Below are positions 46,634 to 55,807 of a DNA stretch of 64,000 nucleotides, in pieces. Source of the stretch: Candidatus Kaiserbacteria bacterium (GTDB lineage Bacteria; Patescibacteriota; Minisyncoccia; Phycocordibacterales; Phycocordibacteraceae); NCBI GenBank assembly GCA_963699165.1, contig OY969413.1, forward strand, positions 916,562-980,561, read 5' to 3'. Position 1 is the first letter of the stretch. Every line of letters begins with the position of its first letter. The position numbers and the translations under genes were made by a program. The notes under the pieces are model-generated. The model was given only the letters and a program-made list of their open reading frames with translations, made no database searches and was not told the origin of the DNA.

Positions 46634-48004
46634 ATGAAAGGAGCAGAAGGCGAATTCTTAAAAAAACATACGAGCGAATTCGGTCCGCTGCTGGATCCGA
46701 AGGTAACTGCCGCTCTGGATGAAAATAGAGACCTTACGCCCGAACAGGTTGCAGAATCAATCGAACGGGTTGAAACAAAGGTGTTCAAATGGGAACGCGG
46801 TGGCGCCGATACTGATGGGAAGCGCATATTGCTTGAAGCAGCCGAGCCGGCGGCTTTCAGAACCGTTCAGACCCTTGTTGAATTTTTAGAAAAAGACGAG
46901 CGCTGCGGAGCCATTACTCTTGTTACCGACAACATCGCGGGGAAGAACTTTGTGGCCGGCGAGGAATCGCTTGGACTCAAACAGGTTCGCAATCCCGGCC
47001 AGCCGGTCCTTGCCGATATCGAAGGGCCGTTCGACTCGGTTCTCGTTCTTGCGGAGCCAAAAAATAGTCCCGACAAGCCGTTTCTCTTCGGTGGAAAGAG
47101 CGTGTACGGCGGCGAAAAGACAAAAATCATTTATTTGATTGACGGCGTGCTTTCAAGCTCCGTACGCGAATGGTTTGCCGACAGCGCATCGGAACACATG
47201 GATTGCATAGATACCGTTTGCGTGGCCAACGAGTTTTCAAAAGAACTGCTTGCGGCCGCCGTGCCGCAACTGAAAGATCGCATAACGGCTGTCGGGTCAA
47301 TCTTGCTCCAAGGATTTAAGAATGATTTGATAAAAAATAAACTGTTTGAAGCGGCAAATGCCGCGGAGAGCAGACGTTCCATTCGCAATTCCCTCCACGT
47401 GCCGCTTGACTCCGTTATGGTACTGTATTCCGGCTTTCCGTCCGCCGACTATGAATCCATGGGAGGGAAGGCCGGCACGGACCTCGCACAGGGTGAAAAA
47501 ACGCTCAATCAGGACACTTTTGAACGGACATTTAGAGCGGTTCTGAAGGCGGCGCGGGAAAACCCGGACAAGCAATTTGCTCTCGCGGTTCGCACGCATC
47601 CGCGCGCCGCAGGGATTGATAATGATTTGCAGGTCCCTTCCGAACTCCCGGAAAATCTTCACGTCGCATGGGCAAACGGTCCGGTCTACAACTACGATGA
47701 GGTCGCGGGCGCTGCCGATATTGTGGCGTGCCAAAGCACAAGCACGGAAGTTTTATATGCACCATATCGAGGAGTCGTGGCGGCAGTGTCCGGTTACCCG
47801 GGACACGGCATGCAACAAGAGATAAATGAAAAGATATTCGGGGACGGACTCTCCGCTTTTAGGAGTGCGGACGGTCTCCTGTATGTGGAATCGGAGAGTG
47901 CGCTGGCTGATTATCTCAAAAATTTCCAAACTCCTCCCGCCCGGCGGCCGGTTCCCGATGATCCAATCCCGAGCATCGCCGACCTATTACTCGCAGCAAA
48001 ATAA
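46634..48004 (+). CDS. Hypothetical protein (possible GT-B fold)
   Basis: 456-aa ORF with its own TATAAT 8 nt upstream; RTHPR and STSTE motifs resemble those of neighbouring GT-B-like proteins. Confidence 0.55.
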   Translation: MKGAEGEFLKKHTSEFGPLLDPKVTAALDENRDLTPEQVAESIERVETKVFKWERGGADTDGKRILLEAAEPAAFRTVQTLVEFLEKDERCGAITLVTDNIAGKNFVAGEESLGLKQVRNPGQPVLADIEGPFDSVLVLAEPKNSPDKPFLFGGKSVYGGEKTKIIYLIDGVLSSSVREWFADSASEHMDCIDTVCVANEFSKELLAAAVPQLKDRITAVGSILLQGFKNDLIKNKLFEAANAAESRRSIRNSLHVPLDSVMVLYSGFPSADYESMGGKAGTDLAQGEKTLNQDTFERTFRAVLKAARENPDKQFALAVRTHPRAAGIDNDLQVPSELPENLHVAWANGPVYNYDEVAGAADIVACQSTSTEVLYAPYRGVVAAVSGYPGHGMQQEINEKIFGDGLSAFRSADGLLYVESESALADYLKNFQTPPARRPVPDDPIPSIADLLLAAK

Positions 48005-48013
48005 TTCTTTTTC

Positions 48014-49108
48014 GTGGCTTTTCAGAAGGAAATCAAAATAGGCAAGCGGCGCATCGGCCCGGGGAATCCGGCGTATATCATTGCCGAGATAGGATCAAAC
48101 TTTGACGGTTCGCTCGAACGGGCGAAACATCTCGCCGTGCTTTGCAAAGAATCCGGCGCGAACGCTTTTAAAATTCAAAATTTTACCGCGCCGAAAATCG
48201 TTTCCGCGGAAGGATTCAAAAATCTGCAGGTCGCATTTCAGGCCAAATGGGATAAGCCGGTCGTCGAGGTCTATCGCGCGGCGGAATTTCCCCGCGAATG
48301 GCTGAAAACCATTTCGGATTACTGCAAAGCTATCGGAATCGATTTTATTTCTTCGCCCTATGACCGCGAGGCGGTGGACTTGCTCGAAAAAATTAAAGCG
48401 CCGGCGCACAAACTCGGCGCGGGCGAGATTGATAACCTCGAATTCATTTCGTATGTGGCGAAAACGGGGAAGCCGGTCATTTTGAGCGTCGGAGCGGCGA
48501 CGATGGACGAGGTGGCGCAAGCGGTTGCAACGGTGCGCAAAGCGGGGAATACCAAGCTCGTTCTTCTGCAATGCGTCACGAATTATCCCTCTCCCGTCGG
48601 TGACGCAAATCTGCGGGCGATGGTTGAAATGGGAAAGAAATTCCGCGTGCCGGTCGGGTATTCGGATCACACCATCGGCGCGGAAGGCGGTGCGGACGAC
48701 CCTCTTGGCGGACTGACGGTGCCGCTCGGCGCGGTCGCTCTCGGCGCATGCATTATTGAAAAACACATCACCGATGATCGTGCCCGGAAAGGCCCCGACC
48801 ATCCTTTTGCGCTTACGATGGAAGAGCTCAAAAAAATGGTCCAAGGCATCCGCGCGATGGAGGCCGCGCTCGGCGACGGAAAGAAGCGCGTCATGCCATC
48901 GGAGAAACAGACGGTCGTCATTCAGCGCCGCGGCATGTATGCGGTGCGTGATATACCGAAGGGAGAAAAGATTACGCGGGATGCGATTGACTATCTGCGC
49001 CCGGCGATCGGCCTTCGTCCTCCTTTGATTGGAAAAGTCGTCGGCAAGAAAGCCAAACGGAACATTACGGCGCTGCACCCCATCCATAAAGAAGATGTCG
49101 GGTTCTGA
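48014..49108 (+). CDS. Nonulosonic acid synthase (NeuB/PseI family) with SAF domain
   Basis: YIIAEIGSNFDG, CVTNYP, GYSDHT, IIEKH, GPDH, RPAIG. Confidence 0.93.
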   Translation: MAFQKEIKIGKRRIGPGNPAYIIAEIGSNFDGSLERAKHLAVLCKESGANAFKIQNFTAPKIVSAEGFKNLQVAFQAKWDKPVVEVYRAAEFPREWLKTISDYCKAIGIDFISSPYDREAVDLLEKIKAPAHKLGAGEIDNLEFISYVAKTGKPVILSVGAATMDEVAQAVATVRKAGNTKLVLLQCVTNYPSPVGDANLRAMVEMGKKFRVPVGYSDHTIGAEGGADDPLGGLTVPLGAVALGACIIEKHITDDRARKGPDHPFALTMEELKKMVQGIRAMEAALGDGKKRVMPSEKQTVVIQRRGMYAVRDIPKGEKITRDAIDYLRPAIGLRPPLIGKVVGKKAKRNITALHPIHKEDVGF

Positions 49109-49751
49109 AAAAATAGTTGCGATTATTCCCGCCTTTAACGAGGCGGGCACGATTGGCGCCGTTGTTACGGGACTGCTGCCGCACGTGAGTGAAGTTATCG
49201 TCGTTGATGACTGTTCAAGCGATGGCACGTCTGAAGAGGCGCAAAAGGCCGGCGCAACGGTTCTCCGTCATGAAGCGAATCGCGGATACGACCGAACCAT
49301 TAACGATGGTTTTGCCGAGGCGGCGCGGCGCGGCGCCGATATCATGCTGACGTTTGATGCCGATGGCGAGCATGATGCGAATGACGTTCCGCGAATAATT
49401 TCCCCTTTGCTGTCGGAGAAAGCGGATATGGTCGCCGGACAGCGCCCGCACCTTACGCATTTCGGCGAAAAGATTTTCGCGTTATACACGTGCACTCGTT
49501 ACGGCTTGCGCGACCCGCTTTGCGGATTGAAGGCATATCGCCGCGCCGTGTATGATTCCGTCGGTTTTTTCGACTCCGTCTCATCGATTGGGACCGAATT
49601 GATGCTGCGCGGAGCCAAAAAAGGATACCGGCTTGCATTCGTCCCCATCGAACTGCATGCCCGGGTCAATGACACGTCGCGCTTCTACGCGAAGCGCTTG
49701 CGAGCAAATATAAAAATACTGCGCGCGCTCTGGCGCGTTTTATTTATCTAA
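49095..49751 (+). CDS. Glycosyltransferase family 2
   Basis: IPAFNE, VDDCSSD, DADGEH. Confidence 0.9.
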   Translation: MSGSEKIVAIIPAFNEAGTIGAVVTGLLPHVSEVIVVDDCSSDGTSEEAQKAGATVLRHEANRGYDRTINDGFAEAARRGADIMLTFDADGEHDANDVPRIISPLLSEKADMVAGQRPHLTHFGEKIFALYTCTRYGLRDPLCGLKAYRRAVYDSVGFFDSVSSIGTELMLRGAKKGYRLAFVPIELHARVNDTSRFYAKRLRANIKILRALWRVLFI

Positions 49752-49772
49752 TCATTTGATACACTACTGCAT

Positions 49773-50456
49773 ATGAAACAACCAACCGTTTGCGCCATTA
49801 TTCCCGCCAAAGGGCATTCAACGCGCATCCCCGGGAAGAATCTCAAGGATTTGTGCGGTAAGCCGATGCTGGCTTATATCTTGGAGACAGCACTGGCCGT
49901 CAAAGGCATTGACCGCGTTATCGTCTCGACCGATTCGGAAGATGTCCAAAAAGTAGCAGTTCAGTACGGGGCCGACGTGCCTTTTATCCGCCCCGCCGAG
50001 CTCACCGGAGATGCCGTCACGACTCGCGAAGTGCTTGAGCATGCGGCGTCGTGGCTGGAGGAGCACGAGAATTATTCGCCCGACTACATCTTGCTTTTGT
50101 ATCCGACTTCGCCGCTCCTTAAACGAGAACGGATTGAGGAGGCGGTTCGCATTGCAAACGAACGCGATTCCGATTCCGTCGTAAGCGGTTACCTCGACAA
50201 GGGTCATTATTGGATTGAAGTCGAGGGCGGATGGGAGCGATTCTATCCACTAAAACAAGTGAACAGCCAATACCAGATTCCGCTCTTTGTCGAAAACGGC
50301 GCCATATATCTCACCAAGCGCAGATTTATGAAGCGGCAATATGCAGCAGACAAAGCGGATATTCTCCTCATGGATCCGGATGAAAATGTCGACGTCGATT
50401 ATCCGGAGGATTTTGCAAAAGTCGAGGCGATACTCAAAGGCAAAGGCGGTAGCTAA
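49773..50456 (+). CDS. Acylneuraminate (CMP-nonulosonate) cytidylyltransferase, NeuA/PseF family
   Basis: IPAKGHSTRIPGKN, VSTD, PTSP, ENGAIY, DVDYPEDF. Confidence 0.92.
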   Translation: MKQPTVCAIIPAKGHSTRIPGKNLKDLCGKPMLAYILETALAVKGIDRVIVSTDSEDVQKVAVQYGADVPFIRPAELTGDAVTTREVLEHAASWLEEHENYSPDYILLLYPTSPLLKRERIEEAVRIANERDSDSVVSGYLDKGHYWIEVEGGWERFYPLKQVNSQYQIPLFVENGAIYLTKRRFMKRQYAADKADILLMDPDENVDVDYPEDFAKVEAILKGKGGS

Positions 50457-50490
50457 TCGCGGCTTTCGCGGGTTATAGTTACTGTCGGAT

Positions 50491-52257
50491 ATGAATATTA
50501 CTTTACGCACGCTTTGGAACACGTTCCGCGGATACCGCTGGCACATAGTCGCACTTGTGGTGTTCGGTTTTTTGGGCGCCATTCTCGAGGGCATCGGCAT
50601 CAACGCGGTCATTCCGCTGATGTCATTTTTTACAGGCAACGGCGCGGGTGCGGCGACCGATACCATCACAAACGCCATACGCGGTCTCTTTACCTTCTTC
50701 TCGATACCGTTTACCTTCCGCTACCTGCTCGCATTCATCCTCGTCCTCTTCATACTGCGTGCGATTTCAACTGTCGTCTTCGGCTATATTCGCGGCTGGA
50801 TAAGCGCGGATTTTCTAGCGAGAGAAAGCGAAGACATTCTCGGCCGCGCCTTGTCCGCTTCGTGGCCATTTTCACTTAAACAAAAAATCGGGACGATTCA
50901 AAACACGCTCATCCGCGATATTCAGCAAACCGGTGCGCTCTTGGGTTCTGTCGCGCAGAGCGTTCAATCGTACAGCGGTTTTCTAATGTATTTTCTAGTC
51001 GCGATTAACATCTCGCCGACGATGACGTTCTATACACTCGGCGGCGGCGCAGTGCTCATTTTTGCTCTGCGGCCGTTTCTCCGCCGCGCCCAGCTCCTCG
51101 GACAGGAAGTGGCGGGCGTTGAAAAACAGTACTCGCAATTTTTGAGCGAGCATCTTACGGGAATGAAATCGGTAAAAGCGGCCGGCATGGAGCACGCGGC
51201 TCTTGCGAGCGGCGACCGGCACATTCAATCGCTTCGCCGTCTTGGCGTACGACAGGCGCTCATTCGGTCGGTCGGCACCAGCTTTTTTCAGCCGGCAAGT
51301 ATCGTTCTGATTGTTGTGCTTTTTCTGCTGACCTATCGCTTGCAGACATTCAGCATAATCTCATTTGTCGCTTCGCTGTACCTCATCCAAAAGATATTTA
51401 CGTATCTTGAGTCCGGCCAGGTCGCGGTCCAGTCCATGAGCGAGCTGTTGCCGTATGCGCAGAATATCGCCGCCTTCAAACGCAGTTTCGATTTGCACCG
51501 CGAATCATCAGAGGGGGATGCGCCATTCGTCTTCGAAAGGGAGCTGACATTTAAAGAAGTATCCTTTGCGTATCTAGACGACAAGCTTGTTCTCGACAAG
51601 GTCAATTTCTCGATTCGAGCGGGTGAGACGGTCGGCCTCGTAGGTCCTTCGGGCGCGGGGAAAACATCGGTCGCAGACCTTTGTTTGCGACTTTTCAAGC
51701 CGGATGCGGGAGAACTGTTGCTCGACGGAGTATCGAGTACGAACATCAAACTCGAATCATGGCGCAGACACATCGGCTATGTCTCGCAAGAGGCATTTCT
51801 GCTGAACGGAACCATCGAAGAAAATATCCGTTTCTATAACGAATCGCTTAGTCGAGAGGACATCGAACGCGCGGCTCGGCAGGCAAACATTTACGATTTC
51901 ATCGACAGCTTGCCGGAAGGATTTTCGACGATTACCGGCGACCGAGGCGTCATGCTGTCCGGCGGCCAGCGCCAGCGGGTTGCACTGGCTCGCGCGCTCG
52001 CCGGTTCGCCAGCGCTTCTCATTCTCGACGAGGCGACGAGCGCGCTTGACCACGAATCCGAAAAACTCATTCATGCATCGATACGGGCACTTCGCGGCAA
52101 GGTTGCGGTTCTCATCATCGCGCACCGGCCATCAACCGTCTCGGATGCGGACACGATTCTCGTTCTGAATCACGGTCATATTTTGGAGCAGGGAACGCCG
52201 CACAAACTAATGGCAAACCGCGAATCGTATTTCTATAAAATGCAGCAAAACATTTAG
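50491..52257 (+). CDS. ABC transporter TMD+NBD (PglK/MsbA-like glycan flippase)
   Basis: N-terminal TM helices; GPSGAGKT, LSGGQRQR, ILDEATSALD, IAHR. Confidence 0.9.
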   Translation: MNITLRTLWNTFRGYRWHIVALVVFGFLGAILEGIGINAVIPLMSFFTGNGAGAATDTITNAIRGLFTFFSIPFTFRYLLAFILVLFILRAISTVVFGYIRGWISADFLARESEDILGRALSASWPFSLKQKIGTIQNTLIRDIQQTGALLGSVAQSVQSYSGFLMYFLVAINISPTMTFYTLGGGAVLIFALRPFLRRAQLLGQEVAGVEKQYSQFLSEHLTGMKSVKAAGMEHAALASGDRHIQSLRRLGVRQALIRSVGTSFFQPASIVLIVVLFLLTYRLQTFSIISFVASLYLIQKIFTYLESGQVAVQSMSELLPYAQNIAAFKRSFDLHRESSEGDAPFVFERELTFKEVSFAYLDDKLVLDKVNFSIRAGETVGLVGPSGAGKTSVADLCLRLFKPDAGELLLDGVSSTNIKLESWRRHIGYVSQEAFLLNGTIEENIRFYNESLSREDIERAARQANIYDFIDSLPEGFSTITGDRGVMLSGGQRQRVALARALAGSPALLILDEATSALDHESEKLIHASIRALRGKVAVLIIAHRPSTVSDADTILVLNHGHILEQGTPHKLMANRESYFYKMQQNI

Positions 52258-52325
52258 TGTGCCTTGGCAATACTTCCGGCGCCTGTTCTCACTGGTGCAT
52301 TCGGTATGCTATAGTTTTGTTTATT

Positions 52326-54509
52326 ATGAAAAAAAGCATAGCGAAAGAAATCGCGCGATGGATCGCGCTCGGTGCATTGTTTATTATTACACTGACTCCG
52401 TTTTTGGTTGTCAACTCGTTCTTTTTTCCGTTTATCACCGGCAAAGCGTTCTATTTTCGTATTGTCGTTGAGATAGCCGTTGCCGCGTGGGGCGTCCTCG
52501 CTTTCCTCGACAAAGAGTACCGGCCTCGATTTTCATGGGTAGGGGCGGCCGCCGTGGCCTTTGTAGCGTGGATGTTCATCGCCGATTTGTTTGCGCCGAA
52601 TGCCGCAAAGGCCTTTTGGAGCAATTTTGAACGCATGGAGGGATGGGTGCTGCTCATCCATCTTCTCGGATTCTTCTTTGCGGCGAGCGCGGTCTTGCGC
52701 GTGAACAAACAGTGGCGCAATTGGCTGCTCGTGTCGCTCGGCGTCGCGCTTTTCGTCTCCGGCTATGCGATTCTGCAGCTGGTGAATCCGACCGCGTACC
52801 CGATTCATCAGGGTTCCACGCGCATCGACGCCTCGTTTGGCAATTCGGCGTACTTGGCGATTTATCTTCTCTTCAGCACGTTTGTCGCGCTCTGGCTTGC
52901 GCTCACCGAGAAGCGGGCATGGCTCAAGTGGCTGCTTATCGCGGTTTCGGTGCTTGAAGGCGTGCTCATCTTCTTTACCGAGACGCGCGGTACGGTCATA
53001 GGTCTCACGGTTGCGCTCGCGCTTGCCGCATTTCTTGCGGCAATTACGGCCGGGAAGCGCGTGCGCGGATATGCGGTGATTGCTCTTGCGGCCATTGTGC
53101 TGCTTGTCGGCGGCATCTATCTTGCGCGCGACTCTTCTTTCATTCAGAACAATCATGTGTTGCAGCGGGTCACCTCGATTTCGCTCTCGGACGGCCAGAC
53201 GCGCTTCACCATCTGGCATATGGCTTTTGAAGGCGTTCTTGAGCGCCCAATAGTCGGGTGGGGACAGGAAGGATTTAATTACGTGTTTAATCAATTCTAC
53301 GACCCGTCGCTCTATGCGCAGGAGCCGTGGTTCGACCGCGCGCACAACGCATTCATCGATTGGTTCGCGGCGGGCGGATTCCCGGCGTTCTTGCTCTACG
53401 TATCGCTCTTCGGAACCGCAATCGCGCTCTTGTGGAGAAGTTCGAAACTTTCGCGCGCGGAGCGCATTCTTGTGACGGCTGCCCTTGTCGGATACGCGAT
53501 TCACAATCTTTTCGTCTTCGATAATCTCTACTCTTACGTGTACTTCTTCGCGCTTTTGGCGCTCATTGATTCGCAGGTGGCGAAACCGATACGACAGCTC
53601 GAAACATTGCCGGAAATTTCCGCGGCTGACGGTCTTTCGTACGCGCTTCCCATCGGCGCCGTTGTTGCGTTCGGGCTCGTGTGGTTCGTAAACGTCCCGG
53701 GCATACGTGTGGCAAATGAACTCATCACCGCGCTTACGCCGGCTCCCGACAGCCCGACTCCGAATCTCGCCGCCTTTGAGGATTTGACCGCGCATCCGGC
53801 GTTTGCGGCGCAGGAGATTCGCGAGCAGCTGGTCAATTTTGCAGCGACAGAAGTGCAGAATGCTCAGGTGCCGAATGCGCAAAAGCAACAAATCGTTAAT
53901 CTCGCCGTAACCGAGATGCAAAAGCAGGTGGCTGCGTATCCGAAGGATGCGCGCGAACAACTTGAGTTGTCGTATGTCTATCGCGCAGCCGGAGACGGTC
54001 CCGATGCACTTAAGGCGATACAGACCGCGAGCGCCCTCTCTCCCGGCAAGGAAGAAATCTGGATTGAGGAAGGCGAGCTGGAGTGGGATTTGGGCAATAT
54101 AGCCGCAGCACAGACGGATTTGACTACCGCCTACAAGCTCGGTCCGCAATTCAAGGACCTTGCCGCGTATGCGGCGGCTGGGGATTTTGCGGTCAACGAC
54201 ATCGGCGATGCCGACAAAGTATTGCTCGGCGCATACGGAACGACGACCGTGGATAGCGATGTGCTTGCGGTCGCATACTATCGTTCGAAAAATTGGCCGC
54301 AGCTCATTGCGCTCAGTCAGCTGCGTGCGATGCAGCCGGGAGCGACCGTTCAGACGTGGTTTCAGCTCGCCGCCGCGTATTACACCGCGGGCGACAAAGC
54401 CAACGCCATCAAAACAATTAACAAGGCGATTGCGATCTTCCCGGATGCTGCCGCCTCGGGAGCAGCCGCGATCGCCCAAATAGAAGGAAAGACGCCGGCA
54501 GGGCAATGA
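52326..54509 (+). CDS. O-antigen ligase / O-oligosaccharyltransferase-like membrane protein with C-terminal TPRs
   Basis: TETRG, R.TIW.MA, RPIVGWGQEGF, FDRAHN (Wzy_C motif); helical repeat C-terminus. Confidence 0.85.
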   Translation: MKKSIAKEIARWIALGALFIITLTPFLVVNSFFFPFITGKAFYFRIVVEIAVAAWGVLAFLDKEYRPRFSWVGAAAVAFVAWMFIADLFAPNAAKAFWSNFERMEGWVLLIHLLGFFFAASAVLRVNKQWRNWLLVSLGVALFVSGYAILQLVNPTAYPIHQGSTRIDASFGNSAYLAIYLLFSTFVALWLALTEKRAWLKWLLIAVSVLEGVLIFFTETRGTVIGLTVALALAAFLAAITAGKRVRGYAVIALAAIVLLVGGIYLARDSSFIQNNHVLQRVTSISLSDGQTRFTIWHMAFEGVLERPIVGWGQEGFNYVFNQFYDPSLYAQEPWFDRAHNAFIDWFAAGGFPAFLLYVSLFGTAIALLWRSSKLSRAERILVTAALVGYAIHNLFVFDNLYSYVYFFALLALIDSQVAKPIRQLETLPEISAADGLSYALPIGAVVAFGLVWFVNVPGIRVANELITALTPAPDSPTPNLAAFEDLTAHPAFAAQEIREQLVNFAATEVQNAQVPNAQKQQIVNLAVTEMQKQVAAYPKDAREQLELSYVYRAAGDGPDALKAIQTASALSPGKEEIWIEEGELEWDLGNIAAAQTDLTTAYKLGPQFKDLAAYAAAGDFAVNDIGDADKVLLGAYGTTTVDSDVLAVAYYRSKNWPQLIALSQLRAMQPGATVQTWFQLAAAYYTAGDKANAIKTINKAIAIFPDAAASGAAAIAQIEGKTPAGQ

Positions 54510-55528
54510 CAATCGGGGAGAACGTTCCGCTCGCACCTCTCACGACTTTCGGCGTGGGAGGTGTTGCGCGTTTTTTTGCCGAAGCGCGGACGGAGAAAGA
54601 TATCATGAAGGCGGTGGCATTTGCCGCACAGCATGGCCTGTCTCTCTTTGCGCTCGGCAACGGAAGCAACGTGCTCGTGCCGGACAACGGCATCGAAGGC
54701 CTCGTGCTGAAAATTTCTTTGCGGGACAGTGTCGCGGAGGAGAGTAACGGGGTTGTACATCTTCGCGCGGGTGCGGGAACGTCATGGGACGCGGTTGTCG
54801 ACAAAGCATGCGCACGGGATGCTTTCGGGATTGAAAATCTCGCGGGCATTCCCGGAACTCTCGGTGGTGCGGCGGTGCAAAATATCGGGGCATATGGCGT
54901 CGATCTTTCGGCGGTATTCGAATATGCGGACGGCATCGATGCATCGACGAATTCTCCGCGGCGCATTTCCCTTGAAGAGGCCGCGTTCGGATACCGCACG
55001 AGTTATTTCAAACGGCATCCCGATTTCATCATTGCAACGGTCGCACTTCGGCTTAAGAAGCACGGTGCCGTGCAAATTGCATATGCCGACCTTGCCCGCG
55101 CACAAGCCGAAGGGGTGCCGCTTACGACGCCGCGCGAAGTCGCGGATGCGGTGCGGGCTATTCGCGCGGTGAAATTTCCGCACTCCGAGAACGAAGGCAC
55201 CGCGGGCTCATTCTTTAAAAATCCGGTCGTTTTCCGTGAACAAGCGGAGGCGCTGACGGCGAAATTTCCGGGCCTGCCGACATTTCCGCAAAAAAACGGA
55301 GACGTAAAATTGTCGCTCGCGTGGATTCTCGACCACGCGCTTTCGCTGAAAGGATATTCTTTCGGCCCGGTACGTTTGTTCGAGAAGCAGCCGCTCGTGA
55401 TTGTCGCGAAGCGCGGCGCAACTGCCGCAGACGTCGATGCGTTTGCAGCCGATGTTGCGAACCGCGTTTTTTCGGCGACCGGCATCGCGATTGAACGGGA
55501 GGTCGAAACATTCGGCGCGCAAAAATAA
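54506..55528 (+). CDS. murB: UDP-N-acetylenolpyruvoylglucosamine reductase
   Basis: TTFGVGG, GNGSNVL, ENLAGIPGTLGGA.VQNIGAYG, FGYRTS, AGSFFKNP. Confidence 0.95.
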   Translation: MTIGENVPLAPLTTFGVGGVARFFAEARTEKDIMKAVAFAAQHGLSLFALGNGSNVLVPDNGIEGLVLKISLRDSVAEESNGVVHLRAGAGTSWDAVVDKACARDAFGIENLAGIPGTLGGAAVQNIGAYGVDLSAVFEYADGIDASTNSPRRISLEEAAFGYRTSYFKRHPDFIIATVALRLKKHGAVQIAYADLARAQAEGVPLTTPREVADAVRAIRAVKFPHSENEGTAGSFFKNPVVFREQAEALTAKFPGLPTFPQKNGDVKLSLAWILDHALSLKGYSFGPVRLFEKQPLVIVAKRGATAADVDAFAADVANRVFSATGIAIEREVETFGAQK

Positions 55529-55553
55529 TTTTTTGAATTCGATTTTCGAAAAG

Positions 55554-55562
55554 TTATCCACA
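55554..55562 (+). promoter_or_regulatory. DnaA box
   Basis: Perfect TTATCCACA in an AT-rich intergenic region; a near-match TCATACACA follows ~20 nt later. Confidence 0.5.
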
Positions 55563-55678
55563 CATAAAAAAATATTCATACACAAATAATTATTTACGCG
55601 CAATAATGTCTTCTAGAAACGTTTGTGCGTCCGCGCATAGACGGGTCGACATATAAATTATTTTAATCCACCACCACC

Positions 55679-55732
55679 ATGGCAGCAAAAAAGAAGGCAA
55701 CAAAGAAGAAGGCAGCAAAAAAGCGCCGCTAG
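55679..55732 (+). CDS. 17-aa Lys/Ala-rich histone-H1-like micro-protein MAAKKKATKKKAAKKRR
   Basis: Clean ATG...TAG in an otherwise non-coding gap, followed immediately by a strong terminator. Confidence 0.65.
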   Translation: MAAKKKATKKKAAKKRR

Positions 55733-55736
55733 TTGC

Positions 55737-55772
55737 AAGAAAAAATCCCGCTTCGGCGGGATTTTTCTTTTT
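55737..55772 (+). terminator. Rho-independent terminator
   Basis: AAAAATCCCGC-TTCG-GCGGGATTTTT followed by CTTTTT. Confidence 0.85.
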
Positions 55773-55807
55773 AGACCTCAACTCACATACATGGTATAAC
55801 TACGGGA

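Noticed and set aside
52533-54536. Long antisense ORFs (667 aa here; also 6420-7382, 43945-44922, 48095-49228, 57215-58246)
   Set aside because: Shadows of well-supported genes on the opposite strand, with no motifs.
55530-55620. Replication origin
   Set aside because: Only one perfect and one imperfect DnaA box and no dnaA/dnaN nearby; cannot be supported.
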